Made by a program: the position numbers and the translations under genes. A stretch of DNA of 63,714 nucleotides, counting the filler, from Hyphochytrium catenoides (taxonomy: Eukaryota; Protista; Hyphochytriomycota), in assembly GCA_900088475.1 (NCBI GenBank). It is 6 parts of 6 records of this genome, joined end to end, with 100 filler letters (N's around TTAATTAATTAA, not from the genome) between each part and the next. Parts side by side here need not be neighbours in the genome. Positions count along the whole stretch, not along the records: positions 1 to 30,633 come from FLMG01003541.1; 5 more parts are not named here. One strand, given 5' to 3'. Below are positions 10,500 through 23,676 of the stretch, piece by piece (the stretch's first letter is position 1; the number at the start of each line of letters is the position of its first letter). The notes under the pieces are model-generated. The model was not told where the DNA came from, did no database searches, and saw only the letters and a list, made by a program, of their open reading frames with translations.

Positions 10500-13122
10500 T
10501 GCGGAATGTCAGCTTTACCCTTTAGTGCCGACTTGTGGATACTCGACAGGAGCTTTCGTATGTCTACTACCCGATACTTCTCCTGTGGGCAGCAGCGTAA
10601 GCAGACGGCAGGCTGAACGTAAGTTCACTACAAGATAGCATGGTAGATAACCGGAAGGAGCTATCATCCACTTAAAGCTTGCGCATATTTGAGAAGTCAA
10701 GAAGGAGGCGTCTAAACGGGGAGTCGATGAAGCTTGGTACCTGATGCCAGTTGGTATCGCGAATTATAGTGTGGAGCAGCTCTAGGTAATAGAGTCTTAT
10801 CTAGATAGAGGATCTTTAGCTTAATACGCACAGCTGCCAAGCAGCAATATAGGAATTACCTACCATGTCCATAGTAGGCAAGTCCGCTAGCTCCCGAATG
10901 ATGATGTCGATAAGAACCTAAAGTGAAAGGGTCTTTAGAAAATGGATACTTGTTTCCCTCAAGTCACTTCTCGAAGCGTTGCATACCTTCAGGTCATTTA
11001 GGTAAAAAAAGTTAACTGTTGATCTGTCACTGCAAATGTCAATGATCAGCTGTACACAGCCAAAGGGTTAGGACTGGCAAGCTCGAGAGATAGCAGGCCT
11101 ACAAGTTATACCTTGAGGCACTGCTTCAAACGCAGTGAATCCTGGTATGGATAGCCCATAGTGTTAAGCCGGGAGAGGAGATACTGGCACAAGACCACGG
11201 ATGACTTTGGATGGGCTGCTATGACTCTCATAAATAGGTTGGAATCCAGAGTCTTATACTGATAGTTCAGGGTGCACTAGTCCTCTTTTAGGTGATAACC
11301 TGATGCCAAAATGAGGTATGGGGATAACGTACCATAGATTTAAGAAGTTCAATGCCCAAGCTCTCACTCACAGAGGTCACAATATCTAGCATTGCGGTTA
11401 GAAAAAAGAAAACGTCGACATCTGCAGGCAGAGTGGCTAAGGACGATGACGTTAGGGCATGCTACACCATGAAAAGGCATCCAGATTGGGTTACCAGACC
11501 TTTTGCTTTCTTAAGACCATCAGCCGCGAAAATTGTGTCAAGGAAGCTGAACCATGAGATCAGGTCATCTGCAGAAGCTGCAATAGCAAAGACGATAGGT
11601 TCTAGTAAGGACATGGAAGGTTTTGAGGCGTCAGTGTCGCGACAACTACCTGCTTCACTAACCACCTTTGCGTGCGATGCTATCGTCCCGGCCTGCACTG
11701 CTTTAAGCACCCGAATCAGTGTTTCGGAGCCCGCGTCGAAGCAGACCTGATTGACAGCTAGCCGCAGCTCGGAAAGTACGGTGAGGCATTTGGCAGCCAG
11801 AAGCGAGATTGTTCCGTTGGGCTGAAAGTGGTTAGAAGCAACTTGGCGAAGGAATGAAACGTCACTGACGGTACCTCAAGGAGCCAGCTCCTTAGGCCTC
11901 GCAAGAGACGAAAGTTATCCTCTACTACAATCCGACACCAGTCCCGCTCCTCCCCCTGGCCTGATTTTAATAGTAAGCAAGGTATGAGGTGCATGGGTTG
12001 AAGGTGTCGCTAGACATTAGGGCAAATCCCAAGAGCCAAGTTTAGGAAGTGCGCAAACCTTCAATAAGATCTAGAAGTGTCTGAAGCCTGGTCGAGATAT
12101 CCGAGGAAGCTTCATCTGTAGAGGAGACTCCACCCTCGCTCCAATTGCTGTACAAGTCCAACCCGTCAACTCTCATCTTCAGTGTCCGAAAACTCTGCTG
12201 TAGGTCCGAATGAACTCTTTAAGCTGGCAATTCGAGGGAAGGCGATCTTGACACACCTCGTCATCATTAGCCTTCTGTAGGTCCCTGTTATCAGCCTAAT
12301 GGCGGACCCTACGTGAGGAGTGACTGACAAATTAAATGAGAAGAAAAGTCAAACCTCAGCTTCTTGGCCACTCCCAGCCCTATGTGACTCCGCCATCGTT
12401 GCGCTAAGAGCAGAGGCTGGAGGCGTGGTTTGACCCTTGTTTGGTGATGCTTGCTCCGCCACCTGTTGCTGCTGTTCTGGCCTCGAATCAGTTGTCTGGC
12501 GGTTGCCTCTAAGTGAGACAGCCAAATATGCCACGAGGTCTAAACCCTACCTTCATTATTGCAGCCGCGGGCTCGTTATCGACTACGTTATTCTGCTTAG
12601 GGTCAGACACTACGTTAGTCTTGAGTTCAGGACATGGAAGTCGGGTTGGTCTTGCCAAACTTGCCTCGGCTGACGCCCCTTCTTTGAAGTGTGCCATTTC
12701 CTCCGCTGACCTATCCGTGGCTTGTGATCGTAATCGACGAAGCTCCATTTCGACAATTTTGGAAGCTTTCGATATTCCAGCAGCGGCTCTTTCGTCATTG
12801 TCATCACAGGCTCTGGGAAGTGACCGGCTTGGCAATAGCAGAGCTAGGTAGCAAGGATGGCACTTACCTTGCAGCTTTTACCTGTAGGGCTTCTAAACGA
12901 ACTTCAAGTTCGCAGATCTGCTCCTCCAGCGGCTTGGAGTGCTCTTAATTGACACTTGTCAACCGATCTCAGGGTCAATAACAGCTGGATAGACTGACTC
13001 ACCTGTTAGGGTCCGTCCATACATCAATCACGACAAACGAGTGACAAGGGCCTCCAACGAACTCTATCCAGCTTCAAATCTCCAAGTGATTTCTGAAGCT
13101 CTATGAGCTCAACTGACAACAT
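10500..13122 (-). CDS. SPIN90/Ldb17/Dip1 (WDS family, DUF2013) Arp2/3 activator-like protein, multi-exon; ends approximate
   Basis: Spliced exons near 11060-10740 read CVQLIIDICSDRSTVNFFYLNDLK|VLIDIIIRELADLP..|IRLYYLELLHTIIRDTNW, matching the FYxNDxxVLIDIIIREL signature of DUF2013. Missed by the ORF track because of many short introns. Confidence 0.75.
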
Positions 13123-13471
13123 CTCAAGCAAGACCAGAATCAGAATCATCGTAACATCCCTAATACGGCATAGAATGATGTGTTCCTGATATGACAATGT
13201 CGATTTAGAACATGCGATCCCTATTTTGGCGCGAAATCCGCTTCTCCCTTTTTTGTTCTCCCTTTCCTTAAATTTGGTTGTCTCTTTATTGATTCGCCAG
13301 ATTTGAGACGCAGCTCCAAATGATTTCTCATTTTTGAAGATTCTGCAGACCAAGTTTGGTAGGCTTGGGTGCAGACAGGGTTTCTCCAGATAGCATCCGG
13401 GGTGGTGGAGATCTCCTTTGTCAAAGCAGGGATTGGTGTGCCTGGGTCTTAGAGCCAGCTTCTTCGGCAGA

Positions 13472-16400
13472 ATGGGGCAGATAGAACGTCTGGAGATTGA
13501 AAACTTCAAGAGCTATGGCAAACTCCATACAATAGGACCGTTCAGACGCTTCACCGCGGTCATTGGTCCTAATGGAGCAGGTGTATATCAAATTGCGCCT
13601 ATTCAGACCTCGACGTGTCAGGCTTACCCAGTCATGTTCAGGAAAATCGAACCTTATGGACGCCATCAGCTTCGTACTAGGGGTACAGTCACGTCATCTG
13701 CGGTCTACAGGCCTGAAGGAGCTCATATTCAAGGTAGAGGCTAGTAAAGTCCCCATCCTCGGACACCGCTGACCTGCATCTTGTTGGGTGAAGGTACCTG
13801 ATGAAGGGCCGCAGCGAAGGAAAGCTTCTGTTACTTTAGTGTATGTCGTATCTGACAATGAAGTGCCTGGCATGGACGAAGGTAAATCCGGGCGATTGAC
13901 GACATTAGAGCGGCGTCTTAACTTCCCAACTCCTATTAGGAGACGAGCTGGTTTTTACGCGACTAATCTCTCCAAATGGCGTGGGTTCTTATCGCCTTAA
14001 TGGGAATGATGTCACATGGGAGAAGTATGAGAAGCAGCTGAAGGACATAAATATTCTCGTTAAGGCAAGGAACTTTCTAGTCTTTCAGGTACGACCTATA
14101 CCTTTTGCGCCGAATGCGTCACTATCTCAGCTATGTCGTAGGGTGATGTGGAGTCTATCGCTTCAAAGAAACCCGAGGAGATGACAAAGCTCTTCGAACA
14201 AATCTCAGGATCAGAAGACCACAAGTATGTCCTATCCTATTTGCTTTGAATATAATCTTGCTCTAAAACTTCTACAAATATGGACAGAGATGAGTATGAC
14301 CGGCTTCGAGAAGAAAAGGAGCGCGCCGAAAACGAAACCGTCGAGAGCTTTCAACGAAGGAAACAGCTTGTAAACGAAAAGAAAGCGGTATGAGAGTGAG
14401 CATAATTGGTTCTATGGCTGCTGCGCTAAAGGCTCTCCTTCTGGTTCTGACAGGTAAAGGAGCAAAAAGAGGAAGCCGAGCGCTTCAATACAAAACTCGA
14501 AGAATTGGTAAGAATTTTCGCCTGTGAAACCAGGACAAGCAAGTAACATCCTCTTTTTTTGCGCTAATCAGAATGAGCTGAAGCGGACCCACTTCCTCTG
14601 GCAACTCTTTCACATAGAAGAGGATTATAAAGGCCATGATGAGCAACTGCAAAAGCTTAAAGAAAAGATGGATGCTCTAAACGGCAAAGAGAAGGTGCGT
14701 CGAACATCCCATTCTTTATAATGCTATCAGATCCTCTGAAACTCCGCGTGGTTCAGGCTGCCAACGACCAGTATCATATGAAGAAAAAGGAGCTCTCTAA
14801 GAGCTCTAAGGGTCTTTCAGAGCTGGAAAAACGTCTTAGTGACCAAAGGAAGAAAAGAGAGAATGCACAAAACCCCACGATTCAGCTTGAGGAGGCAATC
14901 AAACATGCCGGAGCTCAAATAAAGAGTGCAACGAGTAGCTATGAAAGGATATCGACGGATAATGAGAACCAACAGCAAGAAATCAATGCTCTATTAGAAG
15001 ACATTGAACGGATCAAGGAAGCAGAAGCAGAACTAGACCAGACTTCAGCAGTAGGGAGCGTTCATTTAGAGGAGTCGCAGCGTCAAGAATATAATCGCAT
15101 CAAAAGCAAAGCAAGGTCGGCAACTTCCAAGTTAAGAGCAGAACTTGACACGGTTTGTACGCACCTGAAGCATAGTACCACTTAAGCTAGCTAAGGTTTC
15201 GTACATCAAGGTTCTAGCACAAAATACTGCTGATGAAGAAAGATTGAAGACTCTCAAGCTAGAAGACGGAGATCGAGAGGCAAAGAGAGAGGTATCATGA
15301 GTCTTTTGGAAGTCCAATATTGTCCCGTCTAACACATTCCTCTAGGACTTGCTCAAACAAGAAAAGGAGCTAAGCGATCGACAAGCCAAGGTGCGGACAG
15401 CGGTACCTTTCAAATGGAAGAACCCTTTGTTTGAACATCGTGTATCACCTGCAGGTATCCCAAGCTATAAAGACAGCAGAAGATTCTCTTAAGGAACATC
15501 GTAAGCAGCTCTCAGAGATTCAGGAGCAGGTACGAAAGCAACCGTTGATTCATTTTCAAGTGATAGACTCACAAGAGAGCGTTGCTAGCACGAAGCTAAC
15601 CAGCTACGAAGAAACGAGATAAAAGCAGAGCTGACCGAGCTGCAACAGGTAGGCAAGGGCTCAGCGCTGTCAGGGTGAGAGGTTTATTTTTTTGGTATGT
15701 GTGTCTGAGAGTCCTATAAATGTCTTGCAGAGCCTGCGAGATGCTAAGGATGAGCGGAGGCAAAATCGTCAGGATCAGCGCATGCAGGAGATCCAAGAGA
15801 GTCTCAAGCGCCTATTTCCAGGTAACCGACGTGTGTGTTGTTTCTTTCATGAAGCAGCTAGGCAGATGCTAAGTAATGGACGGCAAGGCGTTAAGGGTCG
15901 TTTGGTGGACCTTTGCAAGCCCACGCACCGCAAATACAACCTTGCGGTCACAGTTGCTACTGGGAAGCATATGGATTCATTCGTCGTCACCGACAAGAGA
16001 ACTGCTATGGATTGCATTCAGGTAAGCTTTTGTCCTGCGCCGCCTGGAGTCGCTAGGGCCGCGTCTGACCGCTCTTTCAGTACCTGCGCGACCAGCGTCT
16101 TGGTACTGCTTCCTTCCTTCCCCTGTCCAGTTTGAAGGTAAAATCTGTGAACGAGAGACTTCGAACTATTAGCTCTAGAATCAAGCTTGTACAAGATATC
16201 ATCGACTGCGATCCCGAGACCAAAGTAGCCGTTCAGTACGCTGTGTCCAACACTGTTGTTTGTGAGACCCTCGATGATGCAAGGTAGACTTATTCTGCAC
16301 CAGTCCTCCTCATGCATCAACGCTTTTGATGCTCCTCATCGCTTCGATATGTTATTTGCAGAGACCTTTGCTTCAACAAGGGAGAAAAAGTCAAGGCAGT

Positions 16401-18802
16401 GACTCTTGCCGGAGCGGTTATTTCAAAATCAGGCATGATGACAGGGGGCACTACGTCGAGAGACACAGATAGGGCTAGTAGATGGGACGAAAAGGAGGTA
16501 CAACAAGCAAAGCAGCGTAAGGAGCAGCTGCAGAAAGAACTCGTAGAGATAGAAAGGGCCATCTTTTCTGGCACCAAGAATCGGTTGCAGGTATGGAGCT
16601 TAAAAATAGTAGACAATGGCGTATGTACTGACGGCATCCTTTATAGGAACTCACAAACAAGATCAACGGCTTCGAAAACCGCGTTAAATTTGGCAAGGCC
16701 GATCTAACGGTTACAAGAACTAACCTCAAAAATATCGAGGGACAACTGAAGGCGATGGAGGAGCAGCTGCGCCAATGCAGACCCACTATTCATCAGGTAC
16801 AGAAGACATTGTCAATGGCACCATATACAGCGGTGAATACCTTAGCACTGCCTTGTAGGTTGAAACAGCTATATCGTCCAGAGAAAGCAAGATAAACTCT
16901 CTGCAACGGCAGGTTAATGAGGTAAGGGGGGTGGCATGGGTCGTCTTGCCCCAAAATTATTAACAGGAGTCTTACTTGCATGATAGATTGAGGATAGGCT
17001 CTATGCGGACTTTAGCGCCCAGGTTGGCGTCAGTAGCATTCGTGAATACGAAGAAAGTGCACTTAAGCAGCAAGAAGAGCGAGCGAATGCTCGCCGGCAG
17101 CTGACGGTTCAAAAATCAAAACTTGAAGCCAAAGCTGAGTATCTGAAGTCCAGAGATTTGACAGACAAGCTTAGTAAGCTTGAAAAGAAAATCAAGTCAG
17201 AGAAAAAACAACTAGCAAAGCTTGAAAAAGAGCACGCCAAATTGCAGGAGGTCAGTCCTGTCATTGAGAGCGGAAAGGCTTGTGATATTAACGACTTCCT
17301 TGCAGGAAATTACTAACATTGATGAGGAGATTGACACGCTGGAGGGAAAATTGAAGGACGCAAAGGCTAAGAGTGAGGCGATCGAGACAGAGGCGAAGGC
17401 ATTTGGCAAGGAAAGAACCAAAATTCTCAAAGAGAAGAATGCGCTTGCAAAGGAGATCTCAACGCAGGAAGCGGAGTTGGAGAAACTGAGATCCAAGAGG
17501 CACGAAGTACTCCAAAAGGCTGTAGTTGATGAGGTATGTATTTCCTAACAGCTCATTCCTAAACCTGGAGCCCTGTTATGTGGCCCTTACCGCCGATACT
17601 GTTCAGGTATCGTTGCCTCTCGTCGGTGGAGGGACGACATCGACTGCTGCCATCTACGAGAGCCGCGTTCAGGAGTCTGAGCCCATGGACACTGAAGAGG
17701 TTAGTCTCTAGCCTTTCAAGCTGGTGACTATCTCACTGACTAGATTGTAGTCGGAATCAGCTCCTCACTTTAGCCAGCCTGTGTCACGAGTGGTAGTTGA
17801 AGATGCCGCTCAGGCTTCAAAGGTAAGGAACATGAGAGCATAAGCACCCGCGATCACTGAGCACTCAATGCGGCTCTCCCTAGATCGACTTCTCAGGGCT
17901 TAACGAAAATCTCGATGTTGAGGATGAGGTCCAGTACAATGAGATCCATTCACGATATCTTACCCGGATATCAGAGCTTTCGGCTGAAATCGAGCAGATG
18001 CAGCCTGATATGAAGGCTCCAGAGAGGTATGCTGATGTTCAGCAACGCCTCCGCTCTTCCTACGAAGATCTGGATAAGATCAAGGAGGCTGCCACGGAAG
18101 CAGCACTGAAGTTTGAAGAGGTCAAGAACAAGAGGTATTGAAGTGAGGATGCGTTTACAAACGAGAGAGACTATCTAAATTATGTTTCTCTAGGATTAAA
18201 GCCTTCATGGCCTGCTTCGACCATGTCTCTGGAATCATAGACCAGATATATAAAGACCTCACACGGAGTACTAAGCACCAGCTAGGTGGCACAGCAAGCT
18301 TGCTGCTTGAAAACCCGGAGGTGTGGCTGAAGGCGTCAATATTCCCTAGCGACAGCTTGAGCTAATGAATCGCGAACAGGAACCTTACAACGGTGGTATC
18401 AAGTTCAATGCGATGCCCCCTATGAAGCGGTTTCGAGACATGGAGCAGTTATCTGGAGGGGAGAAGACAGTGGCGGCACTTGCACTTCTTTTCAGCATCC
18501 ACAGGTACCATGCATCATATGCCTCCTTACAAGCCTCTCCGCACCACTAACGTTCAACATGAAGCTTCCATCCCTCGCCTTTCTTCGTACTTGACGAAGT
18601 GGACGCTGCACTTGATAATGTCAACGTCAACAAGGTCTCCAACTACATAAAAGAACGGTCAAGTGACTTTCAGTGCGTGGTGATCTCCCTCAAGGATTCG
18701 TTCTATGAGAAGGCAGACGGTCTAGTGGGTATCTGCAGAGAGAAGAGGATAAACTCATCCCGAACTCTTACTTTGGATCTCACTGCCTACGACCGGACCT
18801 AG
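13472..18802 (+). CDS. SMC1: Cohesin subunit SMC1, about 26 short GT-AG introns
   Basis: [16 protein letters not shown], Walker A GPNGA|[28 protein letters not shown], hinge [12 protein letters not shown] and [37 protein letters not shown], Walker [10 protein letters not shown]. Confidence 0.97.
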
Positions 18803-19197
18803 GAAAAGCCAGTCGGATGTGTTATATGTGTCAGGAGTACCCCTCTAGTCGGAATGAAGAGTGATGCAGTTGGAGCGACCTCTTTGGTAGAATAACGCCC
18901 AGTCGTTTGAATGGCAGCACTCACTGCCATAACAACATCGTAGGAGAAGGTGCATCAGCATACCTGGTGCTTCTGTGCACTTGTGCTAGTTCATGCCATA
19001 CCACCGACCTTTATTATTGCCTTGGGTCGTGAAGGTGTTATGCTATAAAGTGCTAAGGGTGATTTCAATATATGCTAATAAGCACGTAGATGTATCAACA
19101 GCAGCAGGAGGTGTGATGCTTGATCTCGAAAGTGCTGCCTGACAGCAATCGCTCTGACCAGAGCAACAAAGAGAGGTGCAGATACCTCCTTGTTCCA

Positions 19198-19502
19198 TCG
19201 TGCAGTTCTATACAGGGTGAAGAGAGACGGACTGCTCTTGTGAGGTTCGCGCTAGCATCCTTTAAACTCGTACGTGGTGGAACAGTTCTATGCTTTCTAT
19301 ACAGGGTGAAGAGAGACGGACTGCTCTTGCGAGGTTCGCGCTAGCATCCTACAACGACTTGTAAGCTTAGAAGCTGCCGGTCTCACAACTGTACCTCGTT
19401 TCGTCGTGCAGTTCTATACAGGGTGAAGAGAGACGGACTGCTCTTGTGAGGTTCGCGCTAGCATCCTTTAACTCGTACGTGGTGGAACAGTTCTATGCTT
19501 TC
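19198..19502. repeat. Local repeat: 56-bp core x3 in A-B-A-C-A-B arrangement
   Basis: ttctatacagggtgaagagagacggactgctcttgYgaggttcgcgctagcatcct at 19206, 19295 and 19412. Confidence 0.9.
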
Positions 19503-21130
19503 TTTTGTGGTTGGGCTCGCTATGGCAGTGAGATAGGGGAAACAATGATGGAAGGTGATGAGTGCGCATGAAGCCTCTGAGAGCATGGGGTTCCGGGTTC
19601 CACCTTGAAATCCTCTAACGTCACTCCAATTCTTGATCGTCTCGCATCGCAGGTCCCTTTCATCCCTATCATTATTGCTAACGAAGGACCATCAAGCCCT
19701 CCACTTCTGCCTGTGAAATTCTGGGAGATGTCCCTTTATACTCGTAGAAAAAAATGCGAGGGACAGAACAGTGGAAAGGCCGGCGCTTGAGTAGAACACA
19801 GAGAGGCTAATCTCCTAGTGTATCACTGAGGGCGGAATGGGGGAGATTATATCCCATATCGTACTTGGTAGATAATATGGGGGAGGGTTGCTACAGAATA
19901 CCAGTGATGAAGTAGATTGACGGGAATTCTGTGCAAGAGGCTGAGCTCTTGCCCGCTCCTCCCTGTCCAAAGTTGATGGCCCACCCGCCCCCAGGAGAAT
20001 GCTGATGATTGTTCAGTAGAGTAGTGCAGATTATTGGGCACAGGCAGAACTTTCCATACAAGCGGTGGTTTACTTTTCGGCAAAGAAAGGTTTGGACTTT
20101 ATCCGAGTTCCATGACCTCAAACAACTCCATACAAAAGCTTTTGTTTTTAGTTTCGGCAGTTTAGGGTGTAGCAAAGCTTGGGCGAAAGTCCGATCATCC
20201 TGAAACCTGCAATGTCCTCTTTCGGTACTTCGGCGTCATTTCGGCTTCAGATGTCTGTGTTTTTGGGATTCTTGAAGTTTACTTTCGGTGTTTAAGGACT
20301 ATCATGAATTAACCCCTTTTGAACCCGCCCTTATTAGCAATCTAAGGCCTTAGATCGCAGATACCTCCATAAGTCCTTGATTCGGGAAGAAAAGTGGTTA
20401 CAGAAAAGCTTGATGATACCTAATCAGCCCCTTCTTCTGCCCTCTTTCTTGCCAGTTCTTCCCATCCACAAGAAAAACAAGGAACAGGAAATGGGAACAG
20501 GCTAGGAACAAAATGCGAGAGGAGATAGATAGATTATACCCATACCGCTGTAGTGCTAGACGACAGACAGAATCACATTAGAGAGCAAGAAGAAGACCTT
20601 TCGCGCCCCAAGGTGGAGGTGGGTGGGAGAGCGAAGAGAGGAGAAAGAGCGAAACTGGACGATGACGAAAGATCAAAGAACGGCGAGCACAGTGCAATCC
20701 TTGAGAAGCACGTCACAGTGCTTCTTCCGCCTTCCTCGGCCAGCCTCCTCTTCTCCGGCTTTCTGCGTCCAAGAGCGCTTCCTCATTGTTGACTTGCAGG
20801 CCAGCCCACAACTCTTCTCGACACAGCTTAGCGGCCAGCCCTCACGTTGCAACCTTTGTCCTCTTGCACCACGCACGGCGGTTGACTGCTGGGTGTAGCC
20901 CAGGGTGCAAAGAGTGAACTGTCGCCATTTTGGAAGCATTGCCCTTGTTCTGGCGACGCTGTCGCAGCGTCCAAGGGCCCAGTGTTGGGCTGTCCACCCG
21001 CTGAGGTTCTCGTCCGCCGGATCTTCGTGGAGGCTCAGTTAGAATCTTTCAATCTCCCACTATTGATGCCAGAAGACAACAGCTAGCGAACCTTTATTAA
21101 CTATATCTCCTCTTATAAAGGGTCTACGTC

Positions 21131-21805
21131 ATGCAGAAGACAAGCTCCAAGATATCGGCCAAGAAGCTCATGAAGGTTCTAGAGGTTCACAGCGGCAGCA
21201 GCTCCTCACCGACCTGCTCCTCCTATGGGCGCTTAGGTCATGAGGCCACGGTTATTTATACGATCATGTACAGAGATGACAAAGGGAGACTAATGACTGT
21301 CAATCGCACAGTGGCAGAGTTTGACAGACTACGGAGGAACTTACGTCTGTGCCTAAGCGTCAATAACAAGTGCCGCAGATGTCTGAACACCTTCAAAGAG
21401 CTGAAGTCAGAATGGACAGCTCTTAAGTTTATCTCTAGAATTCAGGATATTCTGCACCTTCCTCACCAAGCGGCGCAAGCTCGGGAGGTCCTGGCGTTTT
21501 TGAACAAGTGCTTTAGCCTCCTCTCTATAGATGGAGACCTGACACGCTCTTCTCACGCCAGCTGCCAGCGCTGTCAGCTATCTAGGCGGTTGATCACGGA
21601 CTTCATGGTGACCGGCGCTCTCTGTCTTAACCTCTCAATGGTTCAGGTGACTCCCAAAAAGTCCCATCGAGGTGGAGGACAATGGGAAAGAGACGATAGC
21701 GGACTGGTGCGATCACACTTCAACCCTGAACTGTCAAAGGTGGACGAAGAATTCTCTGACAGCTTATCGTCACTGAGCTCCCGCAGCATTGTGAGCTGTG
21801 CATGA
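21131..21805 (+). CDS. Hypothetical protein with possible PX-like domain and CxxC pairs
   Basis: 224-aa ATG-initiated ORF with tataaa 17 nt upstream. The segment YTIMY...TVNRTVAEFDRLRRNL...LAFLNK resembles PX RRYSEF..L; CRRC and CQRC motifs present. Confidence 0.55.
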   Translation: MQKTSSKISAKKLMKVLEVHSGSSSSPTCSSYGRLGHEATVIYTIMYRDDKGRLMTVNRTVAEFDRLRRNLRLCLSVNNKCRRCLNTFKELKSEWTALKFISRIQDILHLPHQAAQAREVLAFLNKCFSLLSIDGDLTRSSHASCQRCQLSRRLITDFMVTGALCLNLSMVQVTPKKSHRGGGQWERDDSGLVRSHFNPELSKVDEEFSDSLSSLSSRSIVSCA

Positions 21806-22814
21806 GGCCAAATGCAAAAAAAGAAGAAGCTTGGAGACAAGCAACATATTTATTCTGGTCGTCGGTCATTTTCTCTCTTCGTCGTCTCTTCCTCTTCGAG
21901 AAGCACGTCATTATAATAGTTACAATGGAAGGACAGGAAGCAGGCAGTAGGGAGCTAATGGTCCGTGTGTACTCTACAACTGTAGAATAATATTATGAGC
22001 CTTTATACTAGTACTCGTAACAAGCCGAGCAATGTCTTTTCCCCCCGTTCAACAGGCTTGACCTCCTCCTTGCTGTTACCTTTCTGTTATAGCAGATAAC
22101 CTCTGCCATCGCATAGTCCCTATTGTCAGGAATGAGATGGCATTCAAACAAGGTCTGAACCCCTTAGACCATCCTTCATCAACCCACACATGGCGAAGAG
22201 AGTAGAGTAGTCGTCTGTCCTATGGTGAGTGATGAGGAAGTACCTACGGAGCTTCCCACTGCCGAATCTTCAAGAGAAGTGGAGATAGAATGGCTTTTGG
22301 TATCAGAAGGTTGTCTGAGGCGTTCTCTGACCCGCACAAGGAATGCGGTAAAGGAGGTCAGCAAGCAAACTGAGAGTATGTCCAAAATAGTGTTCTTTTT
22401 GTACAAGAGGCAGCTGCCGAGGAGCCTCCGCATATCTTTTCCATGGAAGGTCGTAAGAACTAAGAGCTCTTCCCATCATCCATAGCAGCACTGACGTTTT
22501 AAATGTACTTCTAGAGAGAGAAAGGGGAAGAAGATGAGGGGATAGAGGCAGATTGAAGTGTGCGTAAGTGAAGGAACCTTTAGAAGAACAGGGAAGTTCC
22601 GTCCTCCCTTAGCTGACTTCGTCGTCATAATATTTCTGTTGTTCCCTTCTCATCATCGTCTGCTTGCCCTCTCGTAACCTCTTCATGCAGGCAAGCAACA
22701 AGGAAAGGTAACTTTGCTTCGGTTATTAGGAAGCAAGAAGAAAGAAGCGAGCTGTTGTTTCTTCCCTTTCTTGAGGTGTCGAGAAGTCTCAGCAAGCATT
22801 TAGTTGTAGGACTT

Positions 22815-22920
22815 TGTTCTTTCCTATCTTCTCAGATCCTTTTGATGCTTCTGTTCGGTGGTCCGTGTTCTTTCCTATCTTCTCAGATCCTTTTGATGCT
22901 TCTGTTCGGTGGTCCGTGTT
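22815..22920. repeat. 51-bp tandem duplication
   Basis: tgttctttcctatcttctcagatccttttgatgcttctgttcggtggtccg x2. Confidence 0.9.
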
Positions 22921-23676
22921 GCCCGCTTGATGACTTCTTGATACTACTTCGTCCAGGGTCTAGGGAAGATGGTGATGCTCCGCCTCTGCACAAAGGACGA
23001 CATCTGGGTGGTGGGTCTCCTTTGTTGAACATCTATGAAAGGAGATCTCTTCTTCGTATCTTTCTGGGTGTGGTCTAACAAGAGGTGCAGATTGTGTCAT
23101 CTGTCAACCTGATGCGAAGAGAACTTCTCTGAGCTGGTGATCCCATGGCCAAAGCAATCACTAAATCCTAGAGACGTGTCTAGTTGTCATCCCCGTCCTC
23201 TTCCCTCAGGGGGGTTTCTCTTTAGTCATTTCCTTGGAGCAGGCATGGGAAAGGCCACTTCATCTCCACCACCGGGGCGGGAACTTCTTGGTGCCTCGAT
23301 GGACTGTTGTCAGGAGGAGGAAGAGGAACAGCGGAGGAAGAAAGGTTCATGATGATGGCAGTGACTCCTATAGTGGGTGGTCGTGGGTCTGGTGAGCATG
23401 TCAACAGAAAGGAGAAGAGCTGCGAGGCGATACTTTCAGTGGCGTTGGGCAAAAGCTGCGCCATGGAGGAGGGCTGAGCCAGAAGGGTGTAAAGATCCAA
23501 AGGCAGCGGCACCGGAAGAACCTCCCCTCCTTCTTCTACTGCTTCTCCTCGTTCTTCGTCAGTTCACAATCTGCCAAGCAAATCTCAAGCGTCTACTACG
23601 CGGCAACGAAGTACCCTCAGACAATTGTACTACTAGAGAGCAGAGAAGGAGGGCATCTATTAAGCTTAGCAGAATC

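Noticed and set aside
19206-19467. CRISPR-like repeat-spacer array
   Set aside because: The repeat is 56 bp, spacer lengths are unequal and one spacer recurs; the context is eukaryotic with no cas genes.
23377-23676. 100-aa N-terminal extension of the cupin ORF
   Set aside because: It starts at a non-ATG codon, and a clear signal peptide begins at the ATG at 23677.
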